DNA of 62,477 nt, counting the filler, from Sphacelaria rigidula (Eukaryota): the NCBI GenBank assembly GCA_964200075.2. It is 6 parts of 6 records of this genome, joined end to end, with 100 filler letters (N's around TTAATTAATTAA, not from the genome) between each part and the next. Parts side by side here need not be neighbours in the genome. Positions count along the whole stretch, not along the records: positions 1 to 10,330 come from CAXNAA020006707.1; positions 10,431 to 20,760 come from CAXNAA020006708.1; 4 more parts are not named here. The stretch is one strand, 5' to 3'. The position numbers and the translations under genes are program-made. Positions 1-12,192 of this stretch are shown here, piece after piece. Every line of letters starts with the position of its first letter. Within the stretch, counting starts at the first letter, position 1. The notes under the pieces were generated by a model. The model was not told where the DNA came from and ran no database searches. It saw nothing but the letters and a program-made list of their open reading frames with translations.

Positions 1-75
1 TACTCCTAATAGAGACACCTTCAACATTCTGGCGCTCATTGCTTTCCTTCCGTAACTCATTACGTTTCTTCCACC
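1..75 (-). mobile_element. Short LINE 3'-end fragment, same family as 20861-21340
   Basis: Reverse complement tggaagaaacgtaatgagttacggaaggaaagcaatgagcgccagaatgttgaaggtgtctctattaggagta aligns by eye with about 21185-21257 (tggaaaaagcgtaatgagcttttgaag...ggtgtctctatcaggagtg). Confidence 0.6.
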
Positions 76-3000
76 CACGGGGGAGAATTTTGGGCTGATA
101 ATTTCTTGAGACAAACTAAGATCATCTGTCCCCCGTTCCTTCGGAGGTTCTGCTTCATGAGGTGCTCAACTCCCTATTATAGTAATTTCGCATCATCGAG
201 AGCAACGGCCACTCTCCTTCTTTTGTGACGTATGCGGCTGATTTCCTGGATAAGAAGCGAACTGTTGATACTGCAAGTAATAGCAATATTGTTTGGAATC
301 CCGTCACGGGGTGATGCATCCCTGTCCAGCAAGGTGTGGACTTCCACAAGAAGGAAGGGGTGGTGCCTGGAGTGAGAGATACGCCACCCGTTGATCCCAT
401 TAGAATCTCAAGTGTGATGGGTGTAAGTGGACTCGTGGCGTGGCTGAACAGATAACCTTCGTGCAGTGCACTAAACTCAACAATCATCAGGAGCGACAAG
501 AGCTAACGCGAACGAGAGATGCAGCCAGCCCGGCAACATGAAGGCAACGCTCACCGCCCAGTGGAAACGATCGCCAAGCAGCCTGAAGTCTTACCCCACC
601 GTGAGGTGGTGGACTTGCGTGGCCATACTGGTGAGGAAGAAATTCAGCGACGGAATCGCCATCACGCGTCAGAAACACATAGCATTCATGGTATTCAGCT
701 TTTTTTTTACATTTTCTTAATACCTGTATTAGTATCATTCTGGTGGTGGTGATCCGCCCAATCAGTCATTGCTACCTTCCTTTTTTTTCATGTACTAAAT
801 AATCCTTGAGGCTGTGGGAAGTACCCTTGTGCCGTGTACTACTTCATACACGTTAAAAATCGAACATCACGACAAAGCGATAGGTTGAACCAACATCGTC
901 GCACATCAACACTCCCTAATCCAAGACAACAGAACAGTACTCTATACCCTAACTAAACCAGTAGTCTGTTACAGCGATCCTCACGAGTCAATATTTCATA
1001 GGGACAGTCGAATGCACTACTTGCATATTTTTGCCAGACCCGTCATCATTCTCATCCCTCCCCGCTCTCTTGACCCAGCCTCGACGTGTCCGCACCCCGC
1101 CTCACTATTTTTTCCATGCTATCATAAAGACATCAACATGCAATAGCCACACCATTTGACCACTCGATACATCCTCTCCATAACCCACACTCCAACAAAT
1201 ACACCAAAAACACTATACCCGTGCGCACCACGATCGCGGGTCATGCGGAGCAGTATCCGTTTGTTCAACAGTGTAACGGTACATGTCGCCCTAAAATGCC
1301 CAGTCAGCAGGCTCGAACAGGGAGTCTGCGATTCTCAGTCTTTTGCATAACAATCAGCGCATCCACAAATAAGTACGTTCCGGCAATGACAGCATAGGAC
1401 GCAGCGGCCAGTTCCACAACGATCCGTGTCGCCCTCAACTCATCACAAATGAAAACTACCGCTCGCTCGAACCATAGCATATATACTCACGTTTCTAGGC
1501 GAGACAAAAATGACCGCTTTCCGTCCATTACTATCGCCTGTTTATTTTCTTATGTCATCACACACAACCAACAATTTCACACTAAACGAACCAAAAAACC
1601 AGCAAGAGTTACCGACACCCGGTCCTCACAAGCAGTACCTCAGATAATACGTTAAAACGCGAATTTTACCATCGTCAAGTAGCGATCTCCCTCTGCTGCT
1701 CGCAAAAGAGATGATCAATTAATCGATAGGTCACTCCCCTACCGAACCTCAAGACGGCACAATGACGTACGACATCGTCACCACCGCGGATACATGAAAA
1801 ACAATTTTAGTATGTTTCAACCTGGCATGCGCCTAGAAGCGGGGTGGGTGGCCCGATTCATTACATTCCTATAAAAACCCATTAAAAATGCAAGCTGAAC
1901 CAAGCGTGCGGTGCACGAGCACCGGAATCAAACACGACAGAAATCCAACGTGCACAGCGTATGCACCGTTGAGAAGAGGGATTTAACGCAGCTCAATTGA
2001 GAGCGCAGAGCCCGCTCTCAACGTGCATTCCTTCAAACATCAACCCCACCTGAACTGGAACAAGAAACACTACACAACTACGAGTGTCCTCGAAAGCGTC
2101 ATCAACATCAACACCAAAGTCTCCCCCCGCAACATGGGGCGGAAGAAACTGAAGAATCACTGGCGCAGGAATCGCGAAGAACGACAAGAAAAAAAAAATC
2201 AAATCAAAGGTAACACACGGCAGATGCACGGGAAGACACCGTCGTGGTTCGTCGTGGGAGGCCAAAGCGCCACAGGACGCGTTCTTTTTTCGATATCTAC
2301 CCGAGACAAGGATGACGCGCCCGGAGGAACGAGCACGGAGCCCTCGCTAACGATACATCCATACATATACACCGATTTTGTGCCGGCAGCAGAATGACCC
2401 ATAACTCGAACGAAACCACCGGCGGAGTTGCCGCCCACCCAACAAAACAGCCCGTCTACTGGGAGGCTTGAGCGACTGCTAGCATATGCGGTCGCCAAAC
2501 TTAATCTCACTGCTAATTTCGTGAAAGCAGTAAATTTTACAGGTGAAACAAACATACACCCCACCCTCGCCCCTCGCTCTCGAGATTTGAGATGTGGTAT
2601 CTTTAGATGATGACATATACTCGTGCCGCCGCGACAACCCAAACCAATGAAGGCACTAGACTAGTCATAGTAAAGGGCATTATGCGCAAAAAATACAATA
2701 TCACTGGTCTTCCCCGCGCTTCATGTCATTAACGCTGGCAAAAATCACGTACGAAAGAATGGGAACATTATGCCACGGTCACGGCCAAAAACATACAAAC
2801 TGAAACCCCCCTCTATGCCATATCTTGTTTGAGAGCGGAGATCAAGCTTCAGGTTAATCGCCTACGTTCAATATAACCTTGGAGCTTCGTCGTGTACATA
2901 CATCAGACTCTAGTAGGATAACATACTATAATACTCTCAGAGGTCAACATCGCACCTCCCCCACGCTCCTATATGCCCATCAATTTTTTCGTCGCGCGCC

Positions 3001-3170
3001 GCAGTATTACGCTATTACTTTTTTTCCCGATATCAAAGTACAACGGACATGGCTGCTGACCCCGACCATTGTGCTTTGCTTTGCACCTCCCTCCCCCCAC
3101 CGAAACAAGCTTTACCCCTGAAGAGCGTTGCTCCGGGTCATGGCGCTGGACTGAAATCACACCGTAAAAC

Positions 3171-6100
3171 TCACGCGTCCTCGTAGCTAGCGCAGGTGTT
3201 GCTGCCATCACTATTGTTCTCATCTCCGCATCCCACTTTCCCGTGGGATTGAGCACCAGTGGTGCTCGCGTGCCCACTATCTGCATAAGCCCCAATGCTT
3301 ACACGGCGACCCGCACCGCCTTCCAGGCACTGACGTCGCGCGCACGGCACGAAGCAGCTCCCGTACGACTGATGGAGTGCTCGTTTTTGGACGTTTCGTC
3401 TCGATCCCGCCTCCGCCCCTGGGACCCTCGACCCTAACCCTTCCGCCTCGGGAAACCCTCTACCGACAGAAGCGGGAGCAGAAAGCCTCCGATTACGCAC
3501 CACGCGAGAGCACGCCCTTGCCGCGATCGGAGCAGCTGCAGCTTGCAGCGGCGGCCTGGCCGTCGGCGCGGTCGCTCTTGCCCCCGTCCTGGGCCCGTGC
3601 ACGCGGGGACTGAACGCCTGCGGGGGTGGCAGAGCCGCGGTGGGGGACGGTGGCGTCAAATCTTCGACGAGGGGAACGGCGCCGCCGACGGTGGAGAACG
3701 CCGCTTCCTGTAGCAACTCCGCCCCTTGGGCAACGCCCGTCGGAGACCCCCAACCGTCCTTTGTAGACTTGCCGCAGACGGGTGACTCCGTGCTTCCGCG
3801 CACGGCACGAGCGGCCGCGGCCGCGGCCGCAGCCGCCCGCTCGTCCCCGGACATTGCGGCCGCGCACGCCGCAACACCGTGGAAGTCGACCCCTCGCCCG
3901 GTAATGCTGCGGGCGCGCGCATCACACTCGCGCAGTAGTCGGCGCTTGCGCTGTCCCAATCCGAGGCTGTTGAATGCCGTGGCCAGAGCAGCTACGGCAA
4001 GAGTGTAGGGGGAGTGCCGGAACCAGCACGTTCGTGCTCGAGCTTTCTTGAGGTAGCACGAAGCCACAGATAGGATGTCGGCCAGTGGGATGGTCACAGG
4101 CCAGAGATTGTGGACTAATGTGGCCAGGCAATGCAGGGTCTCGTCCGCGCTGGGGGGCGCGAGGCGAAAGTGCAGCTTCGAGATCATATCCAGCTCGCAT
4201 TTTTGTACCTGAGAGGTGGCGGAAGAGAGGGTTGGGGTAGAGAGCACCAAGTGAGAAAGAGTGCGCTGAGAATTATATTTTCCGACAGTGGACAGCTCAT
4301 GCAGTGGTCTAACATGATTGCTAATAAACATAACACTTGATCCAGACAACGCTCCGAATGGGTTCTGTACCGCACGAGCTAAAGCTACAGTACTTCGGTC
4401 CTGTGGTGTGGCGCGGGCCTGGATTTTCTCGACGGCAACTTTCCTGATGGCAACTTTCCTGGCGGCAAACCTCTCTCGATGATATGCAGTCCTCGGAGCC
4501 TCAAATCTACTTATTCAATAAAACGAGATCCCATCACATCTCTTGCCTTTTCAATAACGGTTCTATATTTACAGCACCATATGATGGGGCTCACAGCTTG
4601 CGTAAGGCGGGCGGCAAGCAGATACTGCAGCCCACGTGCCACCGAAAACGGAGTTGTGGACGTTGACAGACAGCTGCTAGACTTTTAGCATAGCACTACT
4701 GTTTCACGTACACCGCGAAGGTCTCGGCGGCCACCAGCCAAGAGTGGGCAATGGCTACATGTATGCTCGTTTCCATGTGTGACGATAGGCGTAGCGTGTG
4801 TATATTTTGTTCACGCCTTCAGGTAGCGCGACTGCAATCGCTGTTAGGTGGGCCGTGAGCCAGTACATTCGTTGCTCGTCACGCAAGGGAGTCATGAAAA
4901 AAATCATGGAAGTTGCACGACAAAACTATGGCATTCGCGAAGCATGGGGCTTTTTCGACAGGAGCAACATTCGGGGATGACAACGTCACCAGCCAAACTG
5001 AAGAAGCAAAATGACCCTGCAAGTCGTCCGATGTAAGAGTCTAAAGAGATCCAACGCGCAGTTCGGGCTATTATCCCGTAGTCAGGTGCGCACTGATACA
5101 GAGCGCGTAACAACACGGCATGTCTTCGGTCGACAACAGAACGCGCTTGAGACTGAACAGCAACACCGGTACTTCTCAGAGACGCCTTGTTCCGCATTAC
5201 CAGAACCGTTACCTTCAGTTTCTCACATGTCGGGTCTGCAACTTAGAGTACAGTACAAAACGGGAAAACTTCAGCCAGATGGGTCGGCAGGTCTGAGAGA
5301 GAGGCGTTTATGCGCCAATATCCACAAGATCGTGTAAGTATAGCGGTACTTCATGTACTGTAGTCGGCGAGAAAACACGGGCACTGCGTGAGACGCACCT
5401 GAATAGGGGTGAACATGCGACCGGTAAGATTGGCGAGACTCTTCATCCTGAGGGGTGATACCTCGCTCATCTTCGACGCCACAAGCAGAGCCACGTATGC
5501 GGCGAGCTGCAGCAGCAGATGGTTTGTCACTGGTTCTAAAGTCACAGCGACGTATCTGTGGGGGGAAATGGGTATAAACAAAATAATGGAGAGACATATG
5601 ACATCTGTTAAAAAAAAAGGGGTGGGATGCATTCATCATGGCGTGCGAACAAACATATCAAGGGCACCCCCACCAACAGCACGACAGAGCATGCGCGGAA
5701 AGCCAGTCACCTTACACGCATGACCCATGTACCCCGGACATTGCGCGAAGGGGTCCATTTGACGTTCAGGGTACTGAGGCGGCAACACCTGACCTCGTGT
5801 GCTGTGCTGCATGTACTGTACACAGAAGTGGACCGCCGGACACACATGGAGTTAGTTCTCTTCATCTACCGTGGAAAAGTCAGCAACTCACTGAAATCCT
5901 GCCCAGTATAAAAAAATAAAATGATCCCTGGTGAGCAACCAATTTTACGTTGGCGATCTCGTACAACATGCCGATCGACTTGTTTACCCCATCATGAATT
6001 GCTGATAGATTATAGGCAACATCAACATCCTGTCGCTGAGGAAAACTGATTGGGCATCAAGTACCTGTCGAAGTTGCTCAAAGCTGCCACGACTGTCTCG

Positions 6101-7129
6101 TTCTCGAAGCCGTAGGACACAGAGACGTTGGCGAACCAGTTGACCACGGCTTTCCTCATGTTGAGGAAATCTGGATTGGCAAAAACAGAACCATAATAAT
6201 ACGAGGATGCAAATTATCGCGTTGTGGACAAGACGATCTAAACCGGACGTTCGGCGGCTGAATTCGGGGACAGGAGGGCTGACATCTGGTTCAGGTCAAA
6301 ACGCGCTAGGCAGCTGTTCGCATGCACCTTCTTCGGGGGGATAAAGTATCACGTGAACAGACAGATCTGTTACGCCGCACTGTTACCTGTGTTGGTTTCT
6401 CATTTCATTCCACTTACTCGCAGTCTCACCCGACAAGGTCTGATGGTGCGTTTACGTCTATTGATAACACAGTACAGTCAGTACACAGACAGTACAGTTA
6501 TCAGGTTACAACTCTACACTACAGGAAAAAAGAGCACCTGAAAGGAACCTGTCTATGAGCGCCAAAACTTCAGACTTGAGAGGGCCCCTGTGCTAGACCT
6601 TTATTATTACCTACCCGAGGGAATTGTTTTGATTTCGAGTGCCATAGTGCCCTCGGGTAAAGCACAATCAACTCCAAACGTATATTTCCTCCCCCTTCGT
6701 TTGCGTCCCGAAGTTCACAAACGCCCACACGCGCCCGGGACCCCACCCCCGACGCAACCTGTTCATATCAACAAGGACATGTAAAAATGAGAAGCCCGAA
6801 AAAAGCTGTTGGGTGAATTCAGGAGGGCACGCACCTTTGTTCTCCATGCAGGCCAAGCTTTCTTGACGCGGACGGTAGGCATCTGTTTTCACAAGTAATG
6901 CGCGCAGAAATTCTTCTTGCGTCGTTTCCGGCCCCGCAAGCGGTGGAGTCTGCCAGCCGCACCCACTGCTACATAGTAATGGCGATATGCCCTTGGCAGG
7001 CAATGGTCCTGCACAAGAAGACGCTGCTGCGGCAGTCGCACCCAGCGCAGATACCTCAACACACAATAGGTCAGGATCCTCTCCACATCTTGCACCACTG
7101 TTGTTGCATTGCGGTACAAACTTGCTCAT
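3171..7129 (-). CDS. CYCD: D-type cyclin, 4 exons: 7129-6835, 6170-6065, 5555-5399, 4208-3171 (1596 nt, 531 aa)
   Basis: All three introns are GT-AG with matching phases (1, 2, 0). Spliced protein: MSKF...DLLCVEV (LxCxE)...DFLNMRKAVVNWFANVSVSYGFENETVVAALSNFDRYV...LQLAAYVALLVASKMSEVSPL...IQVQKCELDMISKLHFRLAPPS, a canonical cyclin box, then a cyclin C-domain and an Ala/Pro-rich tail. The 3' end assumes no further splicing. Confidence 0.9.
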
Positions 7130-10100
7130 GTTTGTTGAAAAGAGCTTGAGTGTTCGAACAACGCCTATCGAGAGATTGACGATGTTGACTGGCCAATAAT
7201 TCTCGAAGCGACCTTGCGAGCACAGCAGCCGATGAATAGCGAGGTGGGCAGCGCACACGATTGGGGGGGTCACAACCTAGCCAACAATTGTTGGAGGGGT
7301 GGGTAGGAATGGGATGCAGAAGTAGTCGGGGGCCGCAAACAAATTTATGTCATGCAGAAAGGGTGATGATCGGGGCTGAAATCGCGAAAAAAGTTCAGAT
7401 TTTCAAAACCCTGGATACTGGTTCTGGGGGTGCAAGCTTCGTCAGAAATCCTCGGGACAAGTATGTAGCGTTAGCCCTTCACTCACCAAGGAGATGCGTC
7501 CGATGATGTGCTGGGTCGGCCTATACTCTAGCCTGTACAGGGTCAGGTGCTGCCCGACTCAGATATGTGTAGGTACGCGTGTGCCTGCTGATTGCCCAGG
7601 ACTTGATATGTACTGCACCTTGCTCGTAGGAAACGTGTACAAGTACGGCGTGAAGTGAGGGAGTGTGTACTGGGGTGGGTATCGGACGGAACAGCAACAC
7701 AAAAAGTTTGAGGTGTTGTCGCAAAACGGCGAACGCTTGTATCTTTCGGTGGGAATAAGCAAAGTACCAAGTATCAGAGGATTTAGTATCTTGAACGGCT
7801 AAAGTGAAAGAGGTTCGGTGACATCAGGGCCAAGGTGTCATGCACAGTTCAGGGCCGTGCAGAAATTTATTTCAAGTGAAGTAGAACAGCGACCAGGACC
7901 TTGGTCGCTACGTGAAGCTTTGCGCAAGTGGCCTTTGTGAAAGTAAGAATGATTTGAAAACGGTGGTTCGCCGTTCGCTGTTGATTCGAACTAAATTCAA
8001 GTGAAATGATCATGAGGTCTGAGGAGAGCACGCAGTTTCGACTTGCCACTGGTGGGGTTTCAACCAACGTGAGTTTTGTCTTCGATGCCTTTGCCTTTGA
8101 GAGCTTTAGACTAGACCCGCACAACCCCTGGTCCATCGGGCGGGCCTGCCTTCTGTTTTTTTTAGTCGGCACAACAAATGCGTATCACATCTTATCTGCA
8201 TCGCGTCTTTCATCTTTCGGCTTGTTGGGGGCCAGCTGTGGGGTGCGTGTGGGTCTGAGTTACAAGTAAGTGGTTTTTTTTCGGGGAAACGGGTGAAGGT
8301 CGGGCAGGGTCTTTCTGTCTGTTCGTTTCGCCGGTTCTGGGGCGCAGGCATCACAAAATAGCAGCGTGATATATTAACACATACTGTTAATAGTACAGTA
8401 GTAGGTGTACGCATGTGAATTTTCATTCACAGACAGTACGGTGCGGGTGCGCTCCTTCAGCCCAAAGTAACTGCCCGGTGCGCATCCGACGCGCGGGGGG
8501 GGGTGTCAAGGGTAGGCAAACAGACACTTTACTTGCCACCTGTTTGATATATATTCCTGTCGTGTCTGCTGCACATTTGCACCCTAACGATAATAGCATT
8601 TCGTCGTGCGACGGTTTATTGATGGATTTCCACTGACGCAATCCTGTAGCCCTAACCGGCTAACTTGTTCAACGCCTGCGAGAATACGCGATGTGTGGTC
8701 GCGCGTTGGTCACATATAAAACGCCGCCCTGGGCTCATTTCCCAGGCAGTCGCCGCTATTTCCTGTACATTGTGCGGAATAGTTATAGTAAATCTAGATG
8801 GTTTGTGCCAGCTTTGTTTTGCGGGTATCGCATTCCGGCTAATTCCGGGGAGGGTGGAATCACGAGAGACGAGCACAGCGACTGTTGTCACATGTAACCA
8901 TATAGACAACAGTGCTGTTACAAGTTGTACTTCACAGTATCGTACAACTGTTGTAACTGTAGTATGCGCTAAATCGGACGGTGCTACAAATATTCATGCA
9001 CCGTACAGCACCAACAGTTGCATGAGCACGAGGCTGCACCTATGGAACGATTGATCGTCTCGAAAGGCATCGTTCTCCTTGGCGTGTACGCGTTCTTGCA
9101 AACACATCAAGGACACACACGACACACACGGATCTAGAACTGCGGACAGTAGCACGATCTGCCCTTGGTGCGGCATACATATATCACCGTAGGCACATAC
9201 GTGGTACGTCACCGACAGAGCGCTGATGAATCTTGTTACCATCGTTGGGCTCTTTGTGGATACCTGGGGGTATCCTGGATCAACGCGGAGGGAGTGGGTT
9301 CGCATATCTGTGGTGCCTACTGTCTGTGCCGGATGTGTCCTGTCAACTGACTGTTCCGGTATAACCATTCATTGCTGATTACCACCATGCACCAAAGCTG
9401 GAGCCACGAGGGTCGCTTGTCAATATTCCTTACCTGTTGTATGGCGACCGACTCCCATGCAGATCCGCAAATATCTTACTGTACACTTACATGTTACATC
9501 TACATCTACAGCAGCCTCTTGATGGCTCCGTCCAATCAGCAATTAAAACAGCGGAATACTCGACAGTAATGGTGAGGAAAATAATGTTAGTGTAGGAAAC
9601 ATTCAATCGCCTGAACCAGGGCATCATCACCGCCTTCATGGCCAGACAGCACTCGAAATAAGGAACGTAGCCGACGGTATAGTTTTCTACTCTTGCTACC
9701 ATCACTATCGGTAATCTGGTGGTGACGTGGAGGTGCTGTATGATGCTGGAGACAGCAGCGCACGCGCATACCTACTCATTTCATATTCAAGGAAGTACAT
9801 CTTTGTTTAGTTATGATGGATTCCGTCCAGTCAAAATGGCGAAATACTCGGCAATATTGGCGAAGAAATAATTAGTGGGGAAATATTTCACAAATATTTG
9901 ATAATCATCTATTTATCTGAGCCATGGAGACAATCGAGTCATGCCAACGTAGCGGTTGCGCATTTGGGCTCAGGTGTCTCTCATTGAGGGGTTCCTGAAG
10001 CACGAATAAGGAAGGGTTAGGACATATCCTTTGAAAATTCGTTCGACACGTCCCTTAGTATTTTGATGCTGGAATATTGATCGTGGCGTGCTCTCAAATA

Positions 10101-10220
10101 TTTTACATAGCTCGTTTTGGGTTAAATAAATGTAGGGCTCCAAATAATCGTTTTTGGGCGAAATATAGGGCTCTAAACAATTAATTCAAAGCTGCAAATA
10201 TATAAAATATGTCGTGCTCA

Positions 10221-10330
10221 GCAGCAAATAAGGAGGGGGGGTTGCCGTGGCACGCGGAAGTGCTGCAGGGAGCGGAGAGGTTCATGATCTCATGGCACAG
10301 AAATGAAGAGGAGGCCAGCCGACTGCGTGC
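10221..10330 (+). mobile_element. RTE-like LINE ORF C-terminal fragment at contig end
   Basis: Translates AANKEGGLPWHAEVLQGAERFMISWHRNEEEASRLR, resembling the post-RT C-terminus of algal RTE elements (recognised from memory); cut by the linker. Confidence 0.5.
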
Positions 10331-10430
10331 NNNNNNNNNNNNNNNNNNNNNNNNNNNNNNNNNNNNNNNNNNNNTTAATTAATTAANNNNNNNNNNNNNN
10401 NNNNNNNNNNNNNNNNNNNNNNNNNNNNNN
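10331..10430. other. Artificial contig linker N44-TTAATTAATTAA-N44
   Basis: Exact 100-bp spacer with a palindromic six-frame stop cassette; identical at all five junctions. Confidence 0.98.
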
Positions 10431-12192
10431 GATCTCCCGTACAAAGCAGATATATGTACGAACAAAACGGATTCCCATGTGCTTCATCGTGTTGCCGGGC
10501 TCGCCATTCAAACTGACGTGGACGGGGTCATCTGCTGTCGGGAGACGCTTTCGCCGTCTCATCAACCAGCGCCTGCCCCGCCCCCCCTTGTTCCCCCCCC
10601 TCTCCCCCTCAACCAAATATATCTAGTGTTCACTCATACGTCAAGAGTGGACATTTGGCGCTTCTTTTCCACAACAACCGAATCTGTGTACGCATACGCC
10701 ACCGCTCTGTCGCTCGGGCTCGAATGATACGCAGGGATAGGCTTTCCTCAGAGAGAGCTCTTCCGATAGTCTCTTCAAAAACCAAAAGTCTATGGACGGT
10801 TTGCGGGCATATTGCCCCCACCCCCGACGCCCCCTCCCCGCTCAAAACTCCTATTTTCTCCCGCCATAGAGGACAACCAAAGCACGGCCCGTGACATTCG
10901 CCTACAAAAACAGCCCCGACACGACAGAATGCACGCGTCACAGCAAAAACAGGTTTCCTGCTTGACAGGGAAAAAACAGAGTGCGAAAAATCCCTCTTTG
11001 TGCCCACCCGAAAATCACCTAACAGTTATTCAATGGGTGTGAAAATATCATGAAATCAGAGCAGGCAAGTTTTTATGTCGAACTTGATACTGATTTTTCC
11101 AAATTCATCTATACAAGCGAGGCTCTCTGAAGAATCTGCATCATGTGCATTATGGCCTTCTCTTGTAACGAGGAGATGACACTGCTGCTGCTTACTGGAC
11201 GCATGATTCACAGGTTGAATCAACAATAATAACAAGAAGGGTACGTATCGCAAGGATTTTCGACACGCCCAGTCCGTGCAGACATTTTTACATGGAAATC
11301 CTCGTTGAGTTTTCATGAGTACATCGTAGAGACGGTTTGTTGGTGTTCTTTCTCTCAACAAATGTCTTCACCTGCTGCGTGGTTGTACTTCCAGTCCCAT
11401 CTTCTGTCAGCGGTTCGAGTTTGAGAGGTAGGTCGTCAAATTTTGTGCACAGCAGGGGGCATGACGGGAAATGGGGTCACCCAAAGTTTCTTATATAGAT
11501 GGTTCTTTTCCTTTTACCCATAAGCAAGTGTATGTAGAAAACGGTTCGACGTGGCCTAACAATGTCTACGCGGTTGTTACTCGACCTGATCGGCAGATGA
11601 CAAATACACTTGATTTGCTGAGAGTTCCGTTTGTGGAACAGAGGCGGAGCAACTCCTGCCAACCCTTAACCGTAGTTCGCGAAGTGGCTCAGCAAGTTTA
11701 TCTGCCACCGGACGGTTGTTGTATGGACGTTTGGGGGGATCGCTTGCTCGCATGATCCGACATATGCACGAGATACCCGAGGTGGCTGCTCCACGAGCAT
11801 GGCTTCTGCATCGTCTGTTGCCCAGCACATGAACATGCTATTCGGAAGGCGGGGACAAGGCAGGGGTCAGGTCGGGGCGGGTGCAGGCAGACACTTCTCA
11901 GGGCCTGCCTACTTACCCCTTTTACCCGGGACGCGGGGGGCGTTGTACATTCTTCTATGAAATACGAAGGGAGACAGATTTGAAAAAACAGTTCAGGTTT
12001 AACGGTGAAACAAAACGACGGGAAAACGTCATAGAAAGTACGCAACAAGGGTTGGAGCTCTGGAACAGAAAAACAAAGAAAGTTATTGCGGGTTGTTTTT
12101 GTTCCTCCGTGTAACAGATGAAGCCAAAAACAGCCCTGTGCTGATCAATGCGAATGTACACATTTTTTCGTTGCATTAGTTCGCCCGTACAC

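Noticed and set aside
3243..4340. Multiple overlapping and antisense ORFs over cyclin exon 4
   Set aside because: Expected by-product of very GC-rich coding sequence with few stop codons; no domain signal.
7383..7390. E2F-like site (TTTTCGCG on minus) about 255 bp upstream of the cyclin ATG
   Set aside because: Imperfect short match that also occurs in TE sequence (for example near 20712); not supportable without conservation data.
10375..10386. TTAATTAATTAA palindrome recurring every 10.43 kb as a biological periodic signal
   Set aside because: Always centred in exactly 44+44 Ns; it is a synthetic six-frame stop linker.
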